A stretch of DNA of 64,000 bases from Betaproteobacteria bacterium (lineage in GTDB: Bacteria > Pseudomonadota > Gammaproteobacteria > Burkholderiales > UBA3065), in contig JAIXXL010000008.1 in NCBI GenBank assembly GCA_027490755.1, positions 11,391 to 75,390 of the forward strand. Direction: 5' to 3'. The notes under the pieces were generated by a model. That model saw only the letters and a program-made list of their open reading frames with translations. It did not search any database and was not told where the DNA came from. Positions within the stretch are counted from its first letter, which is position 1, and every line of letters begins with the position of its first letter. The position numbers were made by a program, and so were the translations under genes. Shown here one piece after another: positions 21,385 to 31,789 of this stretch.

Positions 21385-22701
21385 TCAGTGTTCGGTGCTT
21401 GCGGTGCTGGGCGCCGGGTCGGCGCCGGCGGCGTGTCCCTGCTTGGCGCGGTAGGTGCGCGCGATGTAGCGGTCGACCAGGTCGCGGAACTCGGCGGCGA
21501 TGTTGTCGCCGCGCAGGGTCACGGTCTTCACACCATCCTCGTAAACCGGCGCGGCCGGGCTCTCGCCGGTACCGGGCAGCGAGATGCCGATGCTGGCGTG
21601 CTTGCTCTCGCCCGGCCCGTTGACCACACAGCCCATCACGGCGAGGGTCATGTTCTCCACACCATCGAAATGCTCGCGCCAAGTGGGCATCTGGTCGCGC
21701 ACATAGCTCTGGATGTCGCTGGCGAGCTGCTGGAAGAAGGTGCTGGTGGTGCGGCCGCAGCCGGGGCAGGCGGTGACCATCGGCGTGAACGCGCGCAGGC
21801 CCATGGTCTGCAGGATCTCCTGCGCGACGATGACCTCCTGCCGGCGGTCGCCGTCAGGCTCGGGCGTCAGGCTGACGCGGATGGTGTCGCCGATGCCCTC
21901 CTGCAGCAGCACGGAGAGCGCGGCGGTGCTGGCGACGATGCCCTTGCTGCCCATACCGGCCTCGGTCAGGCCCAGGTGCAGCGGGTAGTCGCAGCGGCGG
22001 CCGAGCTCGCGGTAGACGGCGATGAGGTCCTGCACGCTGGAGACCTTGGCCGAGAGGATGATGCGGTCGCCCGGCAGGCCGATATCCTCGGCCAGCTGCG
22101 CCGACTCCAGCGCCGAGACCACCAGCGCCTCGCGCATCACCGCACCGGCGTCCCACGGCTCGGCGCGCTTGGCGTTCTCGTCCATCATGCGGGCGAGTAC
22201 GGACTGGTCGAGGCTGCCCCAGTTGACGCCGATGCGGACCGGCTTGTCCCAGCGGATGGCCTGCTCGACGATGGCGCTGAACTGCGCGTCGCGCTTGGCG
22301 CCCTTGCCGACGTTGCCCGGATTGATACGGTACTTGGCCAGCAGCTGAGCGCACTCGGGGTACTGCTGCAGCAGGGTGTGGCCGTTGTAGTGGAAGTCGC
22401 CGACCAGCGGCACGCTCACGCCCAGCTTGTGCAGCTGCTCGACGATGGCCGGCACGGCGGCGGCCGATTCTTCGTTGTTGACGGTGATGCGCACCACCTC
22501 GCTGCCGGCGCGGGCCAGCTGTGCGACCTGGCGGGCGGTGCCGATGGCATCGGCCGTATCGGTGTTGGTCATCGACTGCACCACCACCGGTGCAGCCGAA
22601 CCGACCACGACACCGCCGACGCGGACCGTGCGCGTGCGGCGGCGCGGCATGGCGCAGGCCTGCGGCGGGACGGTGGCGGGGGTGCGGAAGTGGTCGTTCA
22701 T
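21385..22701 (-). CDS. ispG: 4-hydroxy-3-methylbut-2-en-1-yl diphosphate synthase IspG
   Basis: [35 protein letters not shown]...CPGCGRTTS. The ATG is at 22701. The listed 746-aa ORF is an in-frame upstream extension across pilF. Confidence 0.95.
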   Translation of the reverse strand: MNDHFRTPATVPPQACAMPRRRTRTVRVGGVVVGSAAPVVVQSMTNTDTADAIGTARQVAQLARAGSEVVRITVNNEESAAAVPAIVEQLHKLGVSVPLVGDFHYNGHTLLQQYPECAQLLAKYRINPGNVGKGAKRDAQFSAIVEQAIRWDKPVRIGVNWGSLDQSVLARMMDENAKRAEPWDAGAVMREALVVSALESAQLAEDIGLPGDRIILSAKVSSVQDLIAVYRELGRRCDYPLHLGLTEAGMGSKGIVASTAALSVLLQEGIGDTIRVSLTPEPDGDRRQEVIVAQEILQTMGLRAFTPMVTACPGCGRTTSTFFQQLASDIQSYVRDQMPTWREHFDGVENMTLAVMGCVVNGPGESKHASIGISLPGTGESPAAPVYEDGVKTVTLRGDNIAAEFRDLVDRYIARTYRAKQGHAAGADPAPSTASTEH

Positions 22702-23309
22702 GGCGCGGCCCTGTCCATCTTCAGGATGGCTGTCGGCGTCACGGTGGCGGCAGCGCCGGCGGCTGTCAAGTCGGCGTGACGCACGGCCCGGTCCAGCCAA
22801 AGCTGCGCGTCGTCGCGGCGGCCGGCGGCCGACAGGCACGCGGCGGCGTTGCGCCACGATTGCGCCGGCGTGGCGTAGTACGGGATGCGTGCGGCGGTGT
22901 CCCACTCGCGCACAGCGTCGTCGACGCGGCCGGTGCGGCACAGCAACACGGCGCGGTTGTTGCGCGCGTCGGCGTCCTGCGGAGCCAGGCTGACGGCGCG
23001 GGCGAAGGCTGCGTCGGCCTGCGGCAGCTGGCCGGTGGCCATCAGCACCAGCCCGTGCAGGTTGTGCGCGGCTGCGTGGCCGGGGTCGGCGCGCAGCGCG
23101 GCCTGCACCTCGTCGGCGGCTGTGGCGTACTGCGCCGACTGGTAGTACGCGACCGCAAGCTCGGTGTGGGCGCGGGCGCTGGCGGCAGCCGAGGCCCCAG
23201 TGCCGGGGGAGGTGCAGGCGGCGAGCAGCAGGAGCGCGGCCAGCACACCCGCCGCGGTTGCTGCTTGTGCCTCGCGAGACCTGCCACAAGTGGCGGGCGG
23301 GCCTTCCAT
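22698..23309 (-). CDS. pilF: Type IV pilus biogenesis/stability TPR lipoprotein (PilF/PilW-like)
   Basis: Lipobox (LLLLAAC) after [18 protein letters not shown] repeats match the PilF pattern ([37 protein letters not shown]..., [23 protein letters not shown]). It has the conserved rlmN-pilF-ispG position. The start is chosen at ATG 23309. Confidence 0.6.
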   Translation of the reverse strand: MEGPPATCGRSREAQAATAAGVLAALLLLAACTSPGTGASAAASARAHTELAVAYYQSAQYATAADEVQAALRADPGHAAAHNLHGLVLMATGQLPQADAAFARAVSLAPQDADARNNRAVLLCRTGRVDDAVREWDTAARIPYYATPAQSWRNAAACLSAAGRRDDAQLWLDRAVRHADLTAAGAAATVTPTAILKMDRAAP

Positions 23310-23316
23310 CGGGACA

Positions 23317-23480
23317 CTCTTCTCGCTCCTGCTCGCTGCGCTCGAAAGTCGCAGCGAAGAGCTTTCCCGATGCGTCCCGCAAGTCACGGTCAGCGCAGCA
23401 CCGAGAACCTCCAGCGGGCGGCCCCCGTCGGGTGTCCTTTTCGAAGCGACTTCCGAACGTAGTGAGAGGAGCGAGAACAA
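23317..23480. repeat. Imperfect ~165-bp palindromic element in the rlmN-pilF intergenic region
   Basis: The arms at 23319-23352 and 23446-23478 are inverted copies (~28/33 identical). They include a perfect 11-nt pair, ttctcgctcct (23320-23330) and aggagcgagaa (23467-23477). Each arm can also fold on its own. Confidence 0.7.
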
Positions 23481-23530
23481 GTGACACCCGAGGTAGTGGG
23501 CTGCCCCCAACAGGTTGTCGGACAACGCGC

Positions 23531-24739
23531 TCACTTGCCCACCCCGATGGCGATGCGCTTCTGCGCACGGCGGGTCTTGTCGGTGACCTGGCCGGCCAGC
23601 TGACCGCAGGCGGCGTCGATGTCATCGCCGCGGGTCTTTCGGGTGGTGGCGACGCGGCCGGCGTCGATCAGGATCTGCGCGAAATCGCGCACACGCTGCG
23701 GCGGCGAGCGGCGGTAGCCCGACTGCGGGAAAGGGTTGAAAGGGATCAGGTTGAACTTGCTCGGCACTTCTGCGGTGAGCGCCAGCAGCTCGCGGGCGTG
23801 GGCCGGCGTGTCGTTGACGCCGTCGAGCATGATGTATTCGAAGGTGACGAAGTCGCGCGGCGCGTGGCGGATGTAGCGGCGGCAGGCGGCCATCAGCTCA
23901 GCGAGCGGGTACTTGCGGTTGATCGGCACCAGCTCGTCGCGCAGACGATCGTTGGGTGCGTGCAGCGACACCGCAAGCGCCACCGGCAGTGTCTGTGCCA
24001 GCCGGTCCATCTGCGGCACCAGGCCGCTGGTGGAGAGCGTGACGCGGCGGCGCGACAGCCCGTAGGCGTTGTCGTCGAGCATCAGCGACATGGCCGCGAC
24101 CACTGCATCAAAATTGGCCAGCGGCTCGCCCATGCCCATCATGACCACGTTCGTAACCAGCCGGTCGCCGCCCGGGCGGGCGCCGAGCGCGGCGTTGGCG
24201 TGCCACAGCTGGCCGATGATCTCGGCGGTGGACAGGTTGCGGTTGAAGCCCTGGTAGCCGGTGCTGCAGAAGCTGCACTCGAGCGCGCAGCCGGCCTGGC
24301 TGGAGACGCACAGCGTGCCGCGGTAGCGCCGCGTGCGTCCGCCCGCCGGCGCGACCGAGTACGTGTCCGGGACATCATCGTCCTCGTCGTCCAGGTCGCC
24401 GCCACCAGCATCGTCAGGCGTGGCGCCCGCAGCGGCGAGGGCCGCCGGGTCGCCCTCGGGGATGAAGACGGTCTCGATGGCGTTGGCGGCGTCGACGCGC
24501 AGCAACCACTTGCGGGTGCCGTCGCTTGCGGTGTGGTCGGAGACCACGTCGGGGCCGGTGATGACGTGCTCGGCCGCCAGACGCTCGCGGAACGTCTTGG
24601 CGATGTCGGTCATGGCGCCGAAGTCGGCCTCGCCGCGCTGGTGGATCCAGCGCAGCAGCTGCCGCGCCCGGAACGGCTTCTCGCCCAACCCCGTGCAGTA
24701 GCGCTCCAGCGCGGCGGCATCGAGGTCGAGGAGGTTCAT
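23531..24739 (-). CDS. rlmN: Dual-specificity RNA methyltransferase RlmN (radical SAM)
   Basis: Alignable to E. coli RlmN ([64 protein letters not shown]). It carries a ~40-aa acidic insertion before the CxxxCxxC motif. Confidence 0.95.
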   Translation of the reverse strand: MNLLDLDAAALERYCTGLGEKPFRARQLLRWIHQRGEADFGAMTDIAKTFRERLAAEHVITGPDVVSDHTASDGTRKWLLRVDAANAIETVFIPEGDPAALAAAGATPDDAGGGDLDDEDDDVPDTYSVAPAGGRTRRYRGTLCVSSQAGCALECSFCSTGYQGFNRNLSTAEIIGQLWHANAALGARPGGDRLVTNVVMMGMGEPLANFDAVVAAMSLMLDDNAYGLSRRRVTLSTSGLVPQMDRLAQTLPVALAVSLHAPNDRLRDELVPINRKYPLAELMAACRRYIRHAPRDFVTFEYIMLDGVNDTPAHARELLALTAEVPSKFNLIPFNPFPQSGYRRSPPQRVRDFAQILIDAGRVATTRKTRGDDIDAACGQLAGQVTDKTRRAQKRIAIGVGK

Positions 24740-24785
24740 GGCGCGGTCTCGGTGGTGAGCACCCTGGTGGGTGCCCTGGCCAGCC

Positions 24786-25211
24786 TTAGCGGGCGTGGAT
24801 GTTCATCGCCGGGAAGAAGAAGGCGATCTCGGCGGCGGCGGTCTCGGGGGCATCCGAGCCGTGCACGGCGTTGGCGTCGATGCTGTCGGCAAAGTCGGCG
24901 CGGATGGTGCCCTTGTCGGCCTTCTTCGGGTCGGTGGCGCCCATCAGGTCGCGGTTCTTGGCGATGGCGTCGGGGCCCTCGAGCACTTGCACCATCACCG
25001 GACCGGAGATCATGAAGTCGACGAGGTCCTTGAAGAAGGGGCGCTCACGGTGGACACCGTAGAACTGCTCGGCCTCGGCACGCGACAGGTGCATCATGCG
25101 GGCGGCGACGACCTTGAGGCCGGCGTTCTCGAAGCGGGTGAGGATCTGACCGACGACGTTCTTGGCGACAGCGTCGGGCTTGATGATGGACAGGGTACGT
25201 TGGACAGACAT
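24786..25211 (-). CDS. ndk: Nucleoside diphosphate kinase
   Basis: [39 protein letters not shown]...[16 protein letters not shown] lies 5 nt before ATG 25211. Confidence 0.95.
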   Translation of the reverse strand: MSVQRTLSIIKPDAVAKNVVGQILTRFENAGLKVVAARMMHLSRAEAEQFYGVHRERPFFKDLVDFMISGPVMVQVLEGPDAIAKNRDLMGATDPKKADKGTIRADFADSIDANAVHGSDAPETAAAEIAFFFPAMNIHAR

Positions 25212-26558
25212 ATGGACTCCGGTATTGGGTGCGCGCGGACGGTGGGCCGACTGCGCGGGTCGCAGGTAAAAAGCCCGTGATTTTAGCGTGCTTCCCGTGG
25301 CTCCGGTATTACCGCGACCGGTGAAGCGCTGCACCACCAGGCTGGTCGCCAGGTCCCCTTGTACATTGACCATGGTGCGCACCGCATCGAGCAAACGATC
25401 GATGGGCAGCAGCAGCGCGATGGCCTCGACCGGCAGCCCGACCGACTGCAGCACCATGACCATGGTGACCATGCCGGCGCTGGGGATGCCGGGGGCGCCG
25501 ATCGCCGCCAGCATGGCCATAAGCGCGACGATGAGCTGCTGAGATAGGGTCAGGTCGATGCCGGCCAGTTGCGCGACGAATAGGGCCGCAGCAGCCTCGT
25601 AGAGCGCGGTACCGTCCATGTTCACGGTGGTGCCGAGCGGGATGACGAAGCGGCTGACGGCCGGGTCGATCTGCAGCTCGCGGTCGGCAGCGCGCAGGGT
25701 GACCGGCAGCGTGGCGGCGCTGCTGCTGGTGGCCAAGGCGGTGAGCATGGGCAGGCGGATGCCCTTGAGGTAACGCCACGGCGGCATACCGGCCAGCAGC
25801 CACACCAGCAGCGGCAGCACCACCGCGCCCTGCAGCAGGGTGGTCGCCAGCACCACGGCGGCGAACTTGGCCAGCGCGCCGAACACCGCCGCGGTGGCAG
25901 TGGCCGCCAGCTTGGCGAGCAGCGCGCCGATGCCGATCGGTGCCACCCGCATGATCCAGCCGACCACCACCAGCGCCAGATCGAGCAGCTCGTCGATGAG
26001 CCGGCCGAGGGTGGCGAAGCGCTGCGGCTGCTGCCCCACCGCCGCGCCAAGCAGCAGCGCGCTGACGATGAGCGGCAGCACGGCTGCCTCGGTGAGGGCG
26101 CGGAACGGGTTCTGCAGGCTGTCGACCAGCAGCTTGCGCAGGAAGCCGGCAGCGTCCGGCGCATCGTGCGCCGCGGCGGCGGCTGGCAGCAGGTCGGGCG
26201 GCAGGCCGACGCCGGGCTGGAACAGGTTGGCGGCGACGATGCCCATGGTCACCGCCAGGCCGGCGGTGAAGGCGAAGAACAGCAGCGTGGCCTTCCAGAT
26301 GTGACCGGCATCGCGCTGTGTCCAGAGCGCGCGGATGCCGCCCGCCACCGAGGCGAACAGCAGCGGCACCATGACCATCTTGAGCGCGGCGATGAACATG
26401 CCGCCGGCAAGGTCGATCGCCCAGCTGGCCGCGGCGTGCAGCGCCGAGCCGGGCGGCAGCTGCGCCACGCCGAGGCCGATGGCGACGCCGGCGACGGCCC
26501 CGATGAGGATGTTGCGGTTGGCGTGGGGGTATTCGGCGGGTTGGGCGTCGCTTGTCAT
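24786..26558 (-). CDS. Dicarboxylate/amino acid:cation symporter (DAACS family) ORF that continues in frame, without a stop, into ndk
   Basis: ATG 26558 ([12 protein letters not shown]...). DAACS hallmarks are present ([52 protein letters not shown]). About 47 further codons after the last motif run straight into the ndk ATG with no TAA/TAG/TGA. Confidence 0.75.
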   Translation of the reverse strand: MTSDAQPAEYPHANRNILIGAVAGVAIGLGVAQLPPGSALHAAASWAIDLAGGMFIAALKMVMVPLLFASVAGGIRALWTQRDAGHIWKATLLFFAFTAGLAVTMGIVAANLFQPGVGLPPDLLPAAAAAHDAPDAAGFLRKLLVDSLQNPFRALTEAAVLPLIVSALLLGAAVGQQPQRFATLGRLIDELLDLALVVVGWIMRVAPIGIGALLAKLAATATAAVFGALAKFAAVVLATTLLQGAVVLPLLVWLLAGMPPWRYLKGIRLPMLTALATSSSAATLPVTLRAADRELQIDPAVSRFVIPLGTTVNMDGTALYEAAAALFVAQLAGIDLTLSQQLIVALMAMLAAIGAPGIPSAGMVTMVMVLQSVGLPVEAIALLLPIDRLLDAVRTMVNVQGDLATSLVVQRFTGRGNTGATGSTLKSRAFYLRPAQSAHRPRAPNTGVHMSVQRTLSIIKPDAVAKNVVGQILTRFENAGLKVVAARMMHLSRAEAEQFYGVHRERPFFKDLVDFMISGPVMVQVLEGPDAIAKNRDLMGATDPKKADKGTIRADFADSIDANAVHGSDAPETAAAEIAFFFPAMNIHAR

Positions 26559-26616
26559 GCAGCGATTCTTGCACCCCACGGTAGAATCCGCACTCCGCGA
26601 CGCACCCGAGCCACGC

Positions 26617-27648
<1,032 letters not shown>

Positions 27649-27715
27649 TGCGGCCCGTCACCACGCCGAACGGACCCGGACGAAACGGGACCGTCATCGC
27701 GGGGTCAGACGCAGC

Positions 27716-28348
27716 ATGAAGCGCATCGTCGTCCTCATCTCCGGCCGCGGCAGCAACCTGCGCGCGCTGGTCGAGGCGCGGCTGCCGATCGAGGTCGCGG
27801 CGGTCATCTCGAACCGTCCGGATGCTGCCGGGCTGGCCTTTGCAGCCGGTCACGGCATCGCCACGCAGGTGGTCGACCACAAGGCTTTCGCCGGCCGCGA
27901 GGCGTTCGACGCCGCGCTGGGTGACGCCATCGAGGCGCAGCGGGCCGATCTTGTCGTGATGGCCGGCTTCATGCGGCTGCTGACCCCCGGCTTCATCCGC
28001 CGCTTCGCCGGGCGCATGATCAACATCCACCCCGCCCTGCTGCCGGCCTTCACCGGACTCGACACGCACCGGCGCGCGCTCGAGCGCGGTTGCCGCGTCC
28101 ACGGCTGCACGGTGCATTACGTGACCGAGGGCATGGACGAGGGGCCGATCATCGCCCAGGCCAGCGTGCCGGTGCTGCCGGATGACGACGCCGACACCCT
28201 GGCGGCGCGCGTGCTGGCACAGGAGCACCAGCTCTACCCGGCGGTGCTGCGGGCGTGGAGCGATGGCGCCTTCCGGCTGGAAGGCGAGCGGGTGAGTTGG
28301 CGCGACGCCTGCACCTGGCCGGACGCGGCCCACTACCCAGAATACTGA
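27716..28348 (+). CDS. purN: Phosphoribosylglycinamide formyltransferase
   Basis: MKRIVVLISGRGSNLRAL...NIHPALLPAFTGLDTHRRALERG...GCTVHYVTEGMDEGPII. Confidence 0.9.
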   Translation: MKRIVVLISGRGSNLRALVEARLPIEVAAVISNRPDAAGLAFAAGHGIATQVVDHKAFAGREAFDAALGDAIEAQRADLVVMAGFMRLLTPGFIRRFAGRMINIHPALLPAFTGLDTHRRALERGCRVHGCTVHYVTEGMDEGPIIAQASVPVLPDDDADTLAARVLAQEHQLYPAVLRAWSDGAFRLEGERVSWRDACTWPDAAHYPEY

Positions 28349-28361
28349 GGCAGGTGACAGC

Positions 28362-29396
28362 ATGCGCCGCAGCGACCGCATCATGGCTCTGACCGCGGCC
28401 ATATCGCTGGTGGCGCACGTAGCCCTGATGGCCATGCTGCCGACCGCGCCGGGCGAGGGCGAGGACAGCGAGCCGCTGGCCGTCGAGCTGCGCACCGAGA
28501 CGCCGCCACCGGCCGCGCTGCCTCCGCGCCGCCTGCCGCCCAAGCCACCTGTCGCCAAGCCGCTGCCGCCGCAGGCCGAGACCCCGCGTGCGGTGACCGC
28601 GCCGACGCCGGAGGCTGCGGTACCGGCCGAGGGGCCCGGGGATGTCGCGGCGCCGGCGCCACCGGGTGGCCCGGTGGCCAGCGAGCCGCCCGCCGCCGAA
28701 CCGGCAGCACCTGCGGTGGCCGAGCAGCCGGCCGAAGAAGAGCCGCCGGCGCTGATGGCGGTGCAGGGCCTGGCGAAGTCGGCCGACCTGCGCTTCAACG
28801 TGCTGCGCGGCGAGGGCAAGGTGGGCGAGCTGGCGTGGCGCTGGCGCAAGGATGGCAACCGCTACCGCATCGAGACGGTCGGCACCGCTAGCGGCATCGC
28901 CGCCATGTTCTTCGGTGGCGAGTACCGGCAGACCAGCGAGGGCACCCTGGGCGCCAACGGCCTGACGCCGGAGCGCTACACCTTCGAGCGCGGCAGTGCG
29001 GAGAAGGTCGACGTGATCCGCTTCGACTGGGCCGCAGGCAAGGCTGAGGTGACCGACGCCAAGGGCAAGAACCGCAGCCTGGAGCTGGTGCCCGGCACGC
29101 AGGACCTGATGAGCTTCCTGCACCAGCTGCCGCTGCTGCCAGCCGATGCCATCTCGATCCCGCTGGTGACCATCAAGCGCCAGCGCGACTACAGCTTCAG
29201 CGCGCCGCAGACGGTGCGCATCAAGGTGCCGGCCGGCGAGATGGATGCCTACTACTACCAGCGCATCGGCGCCGAGACCGAGGCCGAGGTCTGGCTGCAG
29301 CACCAGCCGCCCTATCTGCCGATCCGCATCCGCCTGTACGACCGCTTCGGCAACAAGTTCGAGCAGGTACTGACCAGCATGGAGTTCCAACCTTGA
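28362..29396 (+). CDS. DUF3108-like protein with N-terminal TM segment and Pro/Ala-rich linker
   Basis: N-terminal TM segment (IMALTAAISLVAHVALMAML), then a ~100-aa P/A-rich spacer, then a beta-rich C-terminal domain (LRFNVLRGEGKVGELAWRWRKDGNRYRIET...). My recollection is that DUF3108 genes commonly follow purN in Betaproteobacteria. Confidence 0.6.
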   Translation: MRRSDRIMALTAAISLVAHVALMAMLPTAPGEGEDSEPLAVELRTETPPPAALPPRRLPPKPPVAKPLPPQAETPRAVTAPTPEAAVPAEGPGDVAAPAPPGGPVASEPPAAEPAAPAVAEQPAEEEPPALMAVQGLAKSADLRFNVLRGEGKVGELAWRWRKDGNRYRIETVGTASGIAAMFFGGEYRQTSEGTLGANGLTPERYTFERGSAEKVDVIRFDWAAGKAEVTDAKGKNRSLELVPGTQDLMSFLHQLPLLPADAISIPLVTIKRQRDYSFSAPQTVRIKVPAGEMDAYYYQRIGAETEAEVWLQHQPPYLPIRIRLYDRFGNKFEQVLTSMEFQP

Positions 29397-29406
29397 GGCG
29401 CACACA

Positions 29407-30681
29407 GTGTTGACTCCGACCCCCGCCCAGTTCGAGCAGCTGGTCCTGGTGATGCGCGAGGTGCTGAGTTTCGAGCACCCCTCCGACCGCGTGCTGCGCC
29501 ACTTCTTCCAGCGCAACGCCAAGCTGGGCCAGCGCGACCGCGCGCTGATCGCAGAGACGGTGTTCGCGACGCTGCGGCGCCTGGTCTGGCTGCGCTGGCT
29601 GGCGCCCGACGATGCCGGCAACGCACGCCGCCTGCTGGCGCTCTCGCTCAAGCGCGTCGGTGGCCTGTCCGGGCGCGCGCTGGAGCCGCTGCTGAAGGCC
29701 GGCGACCGCGAGTGGCTGGCCAGCGTCAGCGGCGGCGACGCGGCACCGCCGGCGGTGGCGGCCGACCTGCCGGAGTGGGCGTGGACCCGCCTGGCGGCCG
29801 CGCGCGGCGAGGACTGGGCGCTGGCGTTCGGCCGCACCATGCAGCAGCCGGCCTCGCTCGACCTGCGCGTCAACACGCACTGGCTGCGCCGCGAGGATGT
29901 GCTGGCGGTGCTGCAGGCCGAGGGCATCGAGGCCGCGCCGACGCCGCTGTCGCCGCTCGGCATCCGCCTGGCGCACAAGGTCGCGCTGCAGGAGCACCGG
30001 CTGTTCCGTGACGGCAGCATCGAAGTGCAGGACGAGGGCAGCCAGCTGCTCGGGCTGCTGCTGGGCGCGCGGCGCGGCGAGCGGGTCGGCGACTTCTGCG
30101 CCGGCGCCGGCGGCAAGACCCTGCTGTTGGCCTCGCAGATGCGCGACAGCGGCCAGGTCTACGCGATGGACGTGTCGGAGAAGCGCCTGGCGCAACTCTC
30201 GCCGCGACTCAAGCGCGCCGGCATGAGCAACGTGCAGCCGCAGCGCATCGAGAGCGAGTCCGACCCGCGACTGGACAAGCTGGCCGGCAAACTCGACCGC
30301 GTGCTGGTGGACGCGCCCTGCAGCGGGCTGGGCACGCTGCGCCGCAACCCCGACCTCAAGTTCCGGCAGTCGGAGGCGGCCCTGGGCGAACTCACCGCCA
30401 AGCAGTCGCGCATCCTGGCCGCCGCGGCGCGGCTGGTGAGACCGGGCGGGGTGCTGGTCTACGGCACCTGCAGCCCGCTGGTGGAGGAGAACCGCCAGAT
30501 CGTCGACGCTTTCCTGGCAACGCACGCGGACTTCCAGTTGGAGCCGGCCGGTGCGGCACTGGCCAAGGCCTGCCCCGACCTGCCGGAACAGCTGGCAGCA
30601 GCGGAGACCTTGCAGCTGTCGCCACACGAGCACGGCACCGACGGGTTCTTTGGCGTCCGGCTGACGCGCGTCAGCCCATAG
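29407..30681 (+). CDS. RsmB/NOL1/NOP2/Sun-family RNA (cytosine-C5) methyltransferase
   Basis: SAM-binding and catalytic motifs (DFCAGAGGKTLLLA, VDAPCSGLGTLRRNPDLKF, LVYGTCSPLVEEN). GTG start at 29407. Confidence 0.8.
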   Translation: MLTPTPAQFEQLVLVMREVLSFEHPSDRVLRHFFQRNAKLGQRDRALIAETVFATLRRLVWLRWLAPDDAGNARRLLALSLKRVGGLSGRALEPLLKAGDREWLASVSGGDAAPPAVAADLPEWAWTRLAAARGEDWALAFGRTMQQPASLDLRVNTHWLRREDVLAVLQAEGIEAAPTPLSPLGIRLAHKVALQEHRLFRDGSIEVQDEGSQLLGLLLGARRGERVGDFCAGAGGKTLLLASQMRDSGQVYAMDVSEKRLAQLSPRLKRAGMSNVQPQRIESESDPRLDKLAGKLDRVLVDAPCSGLGTLRRNPDLKFRQSEAALGELTAKQSRILAAAARLVRPGGVLVYGTCSPLVEENRQIVDAFLATHADFQLEPAGAALAKACPDLPEQLAAAETLQLSPHEHGTDGFFGVRLTRVSP

Positions 30682-30725
30682 GCTTCGGCACGCGATGCGC
30701 ATTTGCGCGATGGCGGGTCTTCTGC

Positions 30726-30744
30726 CAAGATGCGAATCATTCTT
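30726..30744 (+). promoter_or_regulatory. Fur-box-like sequence upstream of the iron ABC transporter
   Basis: caagatgcgaatcattctt matches 12/19 positions of GATAATGATAATCATTATC, including the central AATCATT. It lies in the 88-bp intergenic region before the Fe(3+) binding-protein gene. The match is weak. Confidence 0.3.
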
Positions 30745-30769
30745 ATTTAACGCATCCAGAACACACACC

Positions 30770-31789
30770 ATGAGCCTCCGCAGCCCTGCACGGCGCACTC
30801 TCGCCGCCCTCGCCATCGCCGCATGCCTGCTGCCCGCGGCGCAGGCGACCGCCGCCGACCGGCTGGTGGTCTACTCGGCGCGCATCGAGGCGCTGATCAA
30901 GCCGATGTTCGAGGCTTACACCAAGGAGACTGGCGTCGAGATCCAGTACGTCACCGACAAGGAAGGCGCGCTGGTCGAGCGGCTGAAGGCCGAGGGCGCC
31001 AACACCACCGCCGACCTGCTGATCACTACCGACGCCGGCAACCTGTGGCAGGCGGCGCAGGAGGGCGTGCTGCGTCCGGTCGAGTCGGCCGTGCTGGAGA
31101 AGGCCGTGCCCGCCAACCTGCGCGACCCCGGCAAGCAGTGGTTCGGCCTGTCGATCCGCGCGCGCACGCTTTTCTTCAACAGCAAGATGGCGAAGGCCGG
31201 CGAGTTGTCGACCTACGAAGACCTGGCGGCGCCAAAGTGGCGCGGCAAGCTGTGCCTGCGCTCGAGCAAGAAGGTCTACAACCAGTCGCTGGTGGCGATG
31301 CTGATCAGCGAACACGGCGAGGCCAAGGCCGAGCAGATCGTCCGCGGCTGGGTGGCCAATCTGGCCGCCGAACCTTTCGCCGACGACACGCGCATGCTGG
31401 AGGCAGTCGCTGCCGGGCAGTGCGCGGTGGGCATCGCCAACACCTACTACTACGGCCGGCTGATGGAGAAGAAGCCGGAACTGCCGCTGGCCATCTTCTG
31501 GGCCAACCAGAACGACGGCGGCGTGCACGTCAATGTCTCGGGTGCCGGCTTGACCAAGCACGGCAAGCAGCCGGCGCAGGCGCAGAAGCTGCTGGAGTGG
31601 CTGGCCTCGCCCAAGGCGCAGAACCTGTTCGCCGACGTCAACCTGGAGTTCCCGGTGAACCCGGCGGTGGCGCCGGACCCGGTGGTCAAGGCCTGGGGGA
31701 GCTTCAAGGCGAGCCCGCTGAACGTGGTCGAGGCCGGTCGGCTGCAGGCCACCGCGGTGCGACTGATGGACCGTGCCGGCTATCGCTGA
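30770..31789 (+). CDS. Fe(3+) ABC transporter periplasmic substrate-binding protein (AfuA/FbpA/IdiA type)
   Basis: Signal peptide (MSLRSPARRTLAALAIAACLLPAAQATA), then VVYSARIEALIKPMFEAYTKETGVEIQYV...ADLLITTDAGNLW. The ATG is at 30770. Confidence 0.85.
   Translation: MSLRSPARRTLAALAIAACLLPAAQATAADRLVVYSARIEALIKPMFEAYTKETGVEIQYVTDKEGALVERLKAEGANTTADLLITTDAGNLWQAAQEGVLRPVESAVLEKAVPANLRDPGKQWFGLSIRARTLFFNSKMAKAGELSTYEDLAAPKWRGKLCLRSSKKVYNQSLVAMLISEHGEAKAEQIVRGWVANLAAEPFADDTRMLEAVAAGQCAVGIANTYYYGRLMEKKPELPLAIFWANQNDGGVHVNVSGAGLTKHGKQPAQAQKLLEWLASPKAQNLFADVNLEFPVNPAVAPDPVVKAWGSFKASPLNVVEAGRLQATAVRLMDRAGYR

Noticed and set aside
21385-23625. 746-aa ORF that looks like one very large gene
   Set aside because: Only the last 438 codons are IspG. 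The upstream part is an in-frame stop-free extension crossing pilF (a different frame) and the palindromic spacer, and it has no protein-like features.
28149-30816. 655-aa and 531-aa minus-strand ORFs (28149-30116, 29221-30816)
   Set aside because: They are antisense to purN, the DUF3108-like gene and the rsmB-like gene. Low complexity, no motifs. Shadow ORFs.
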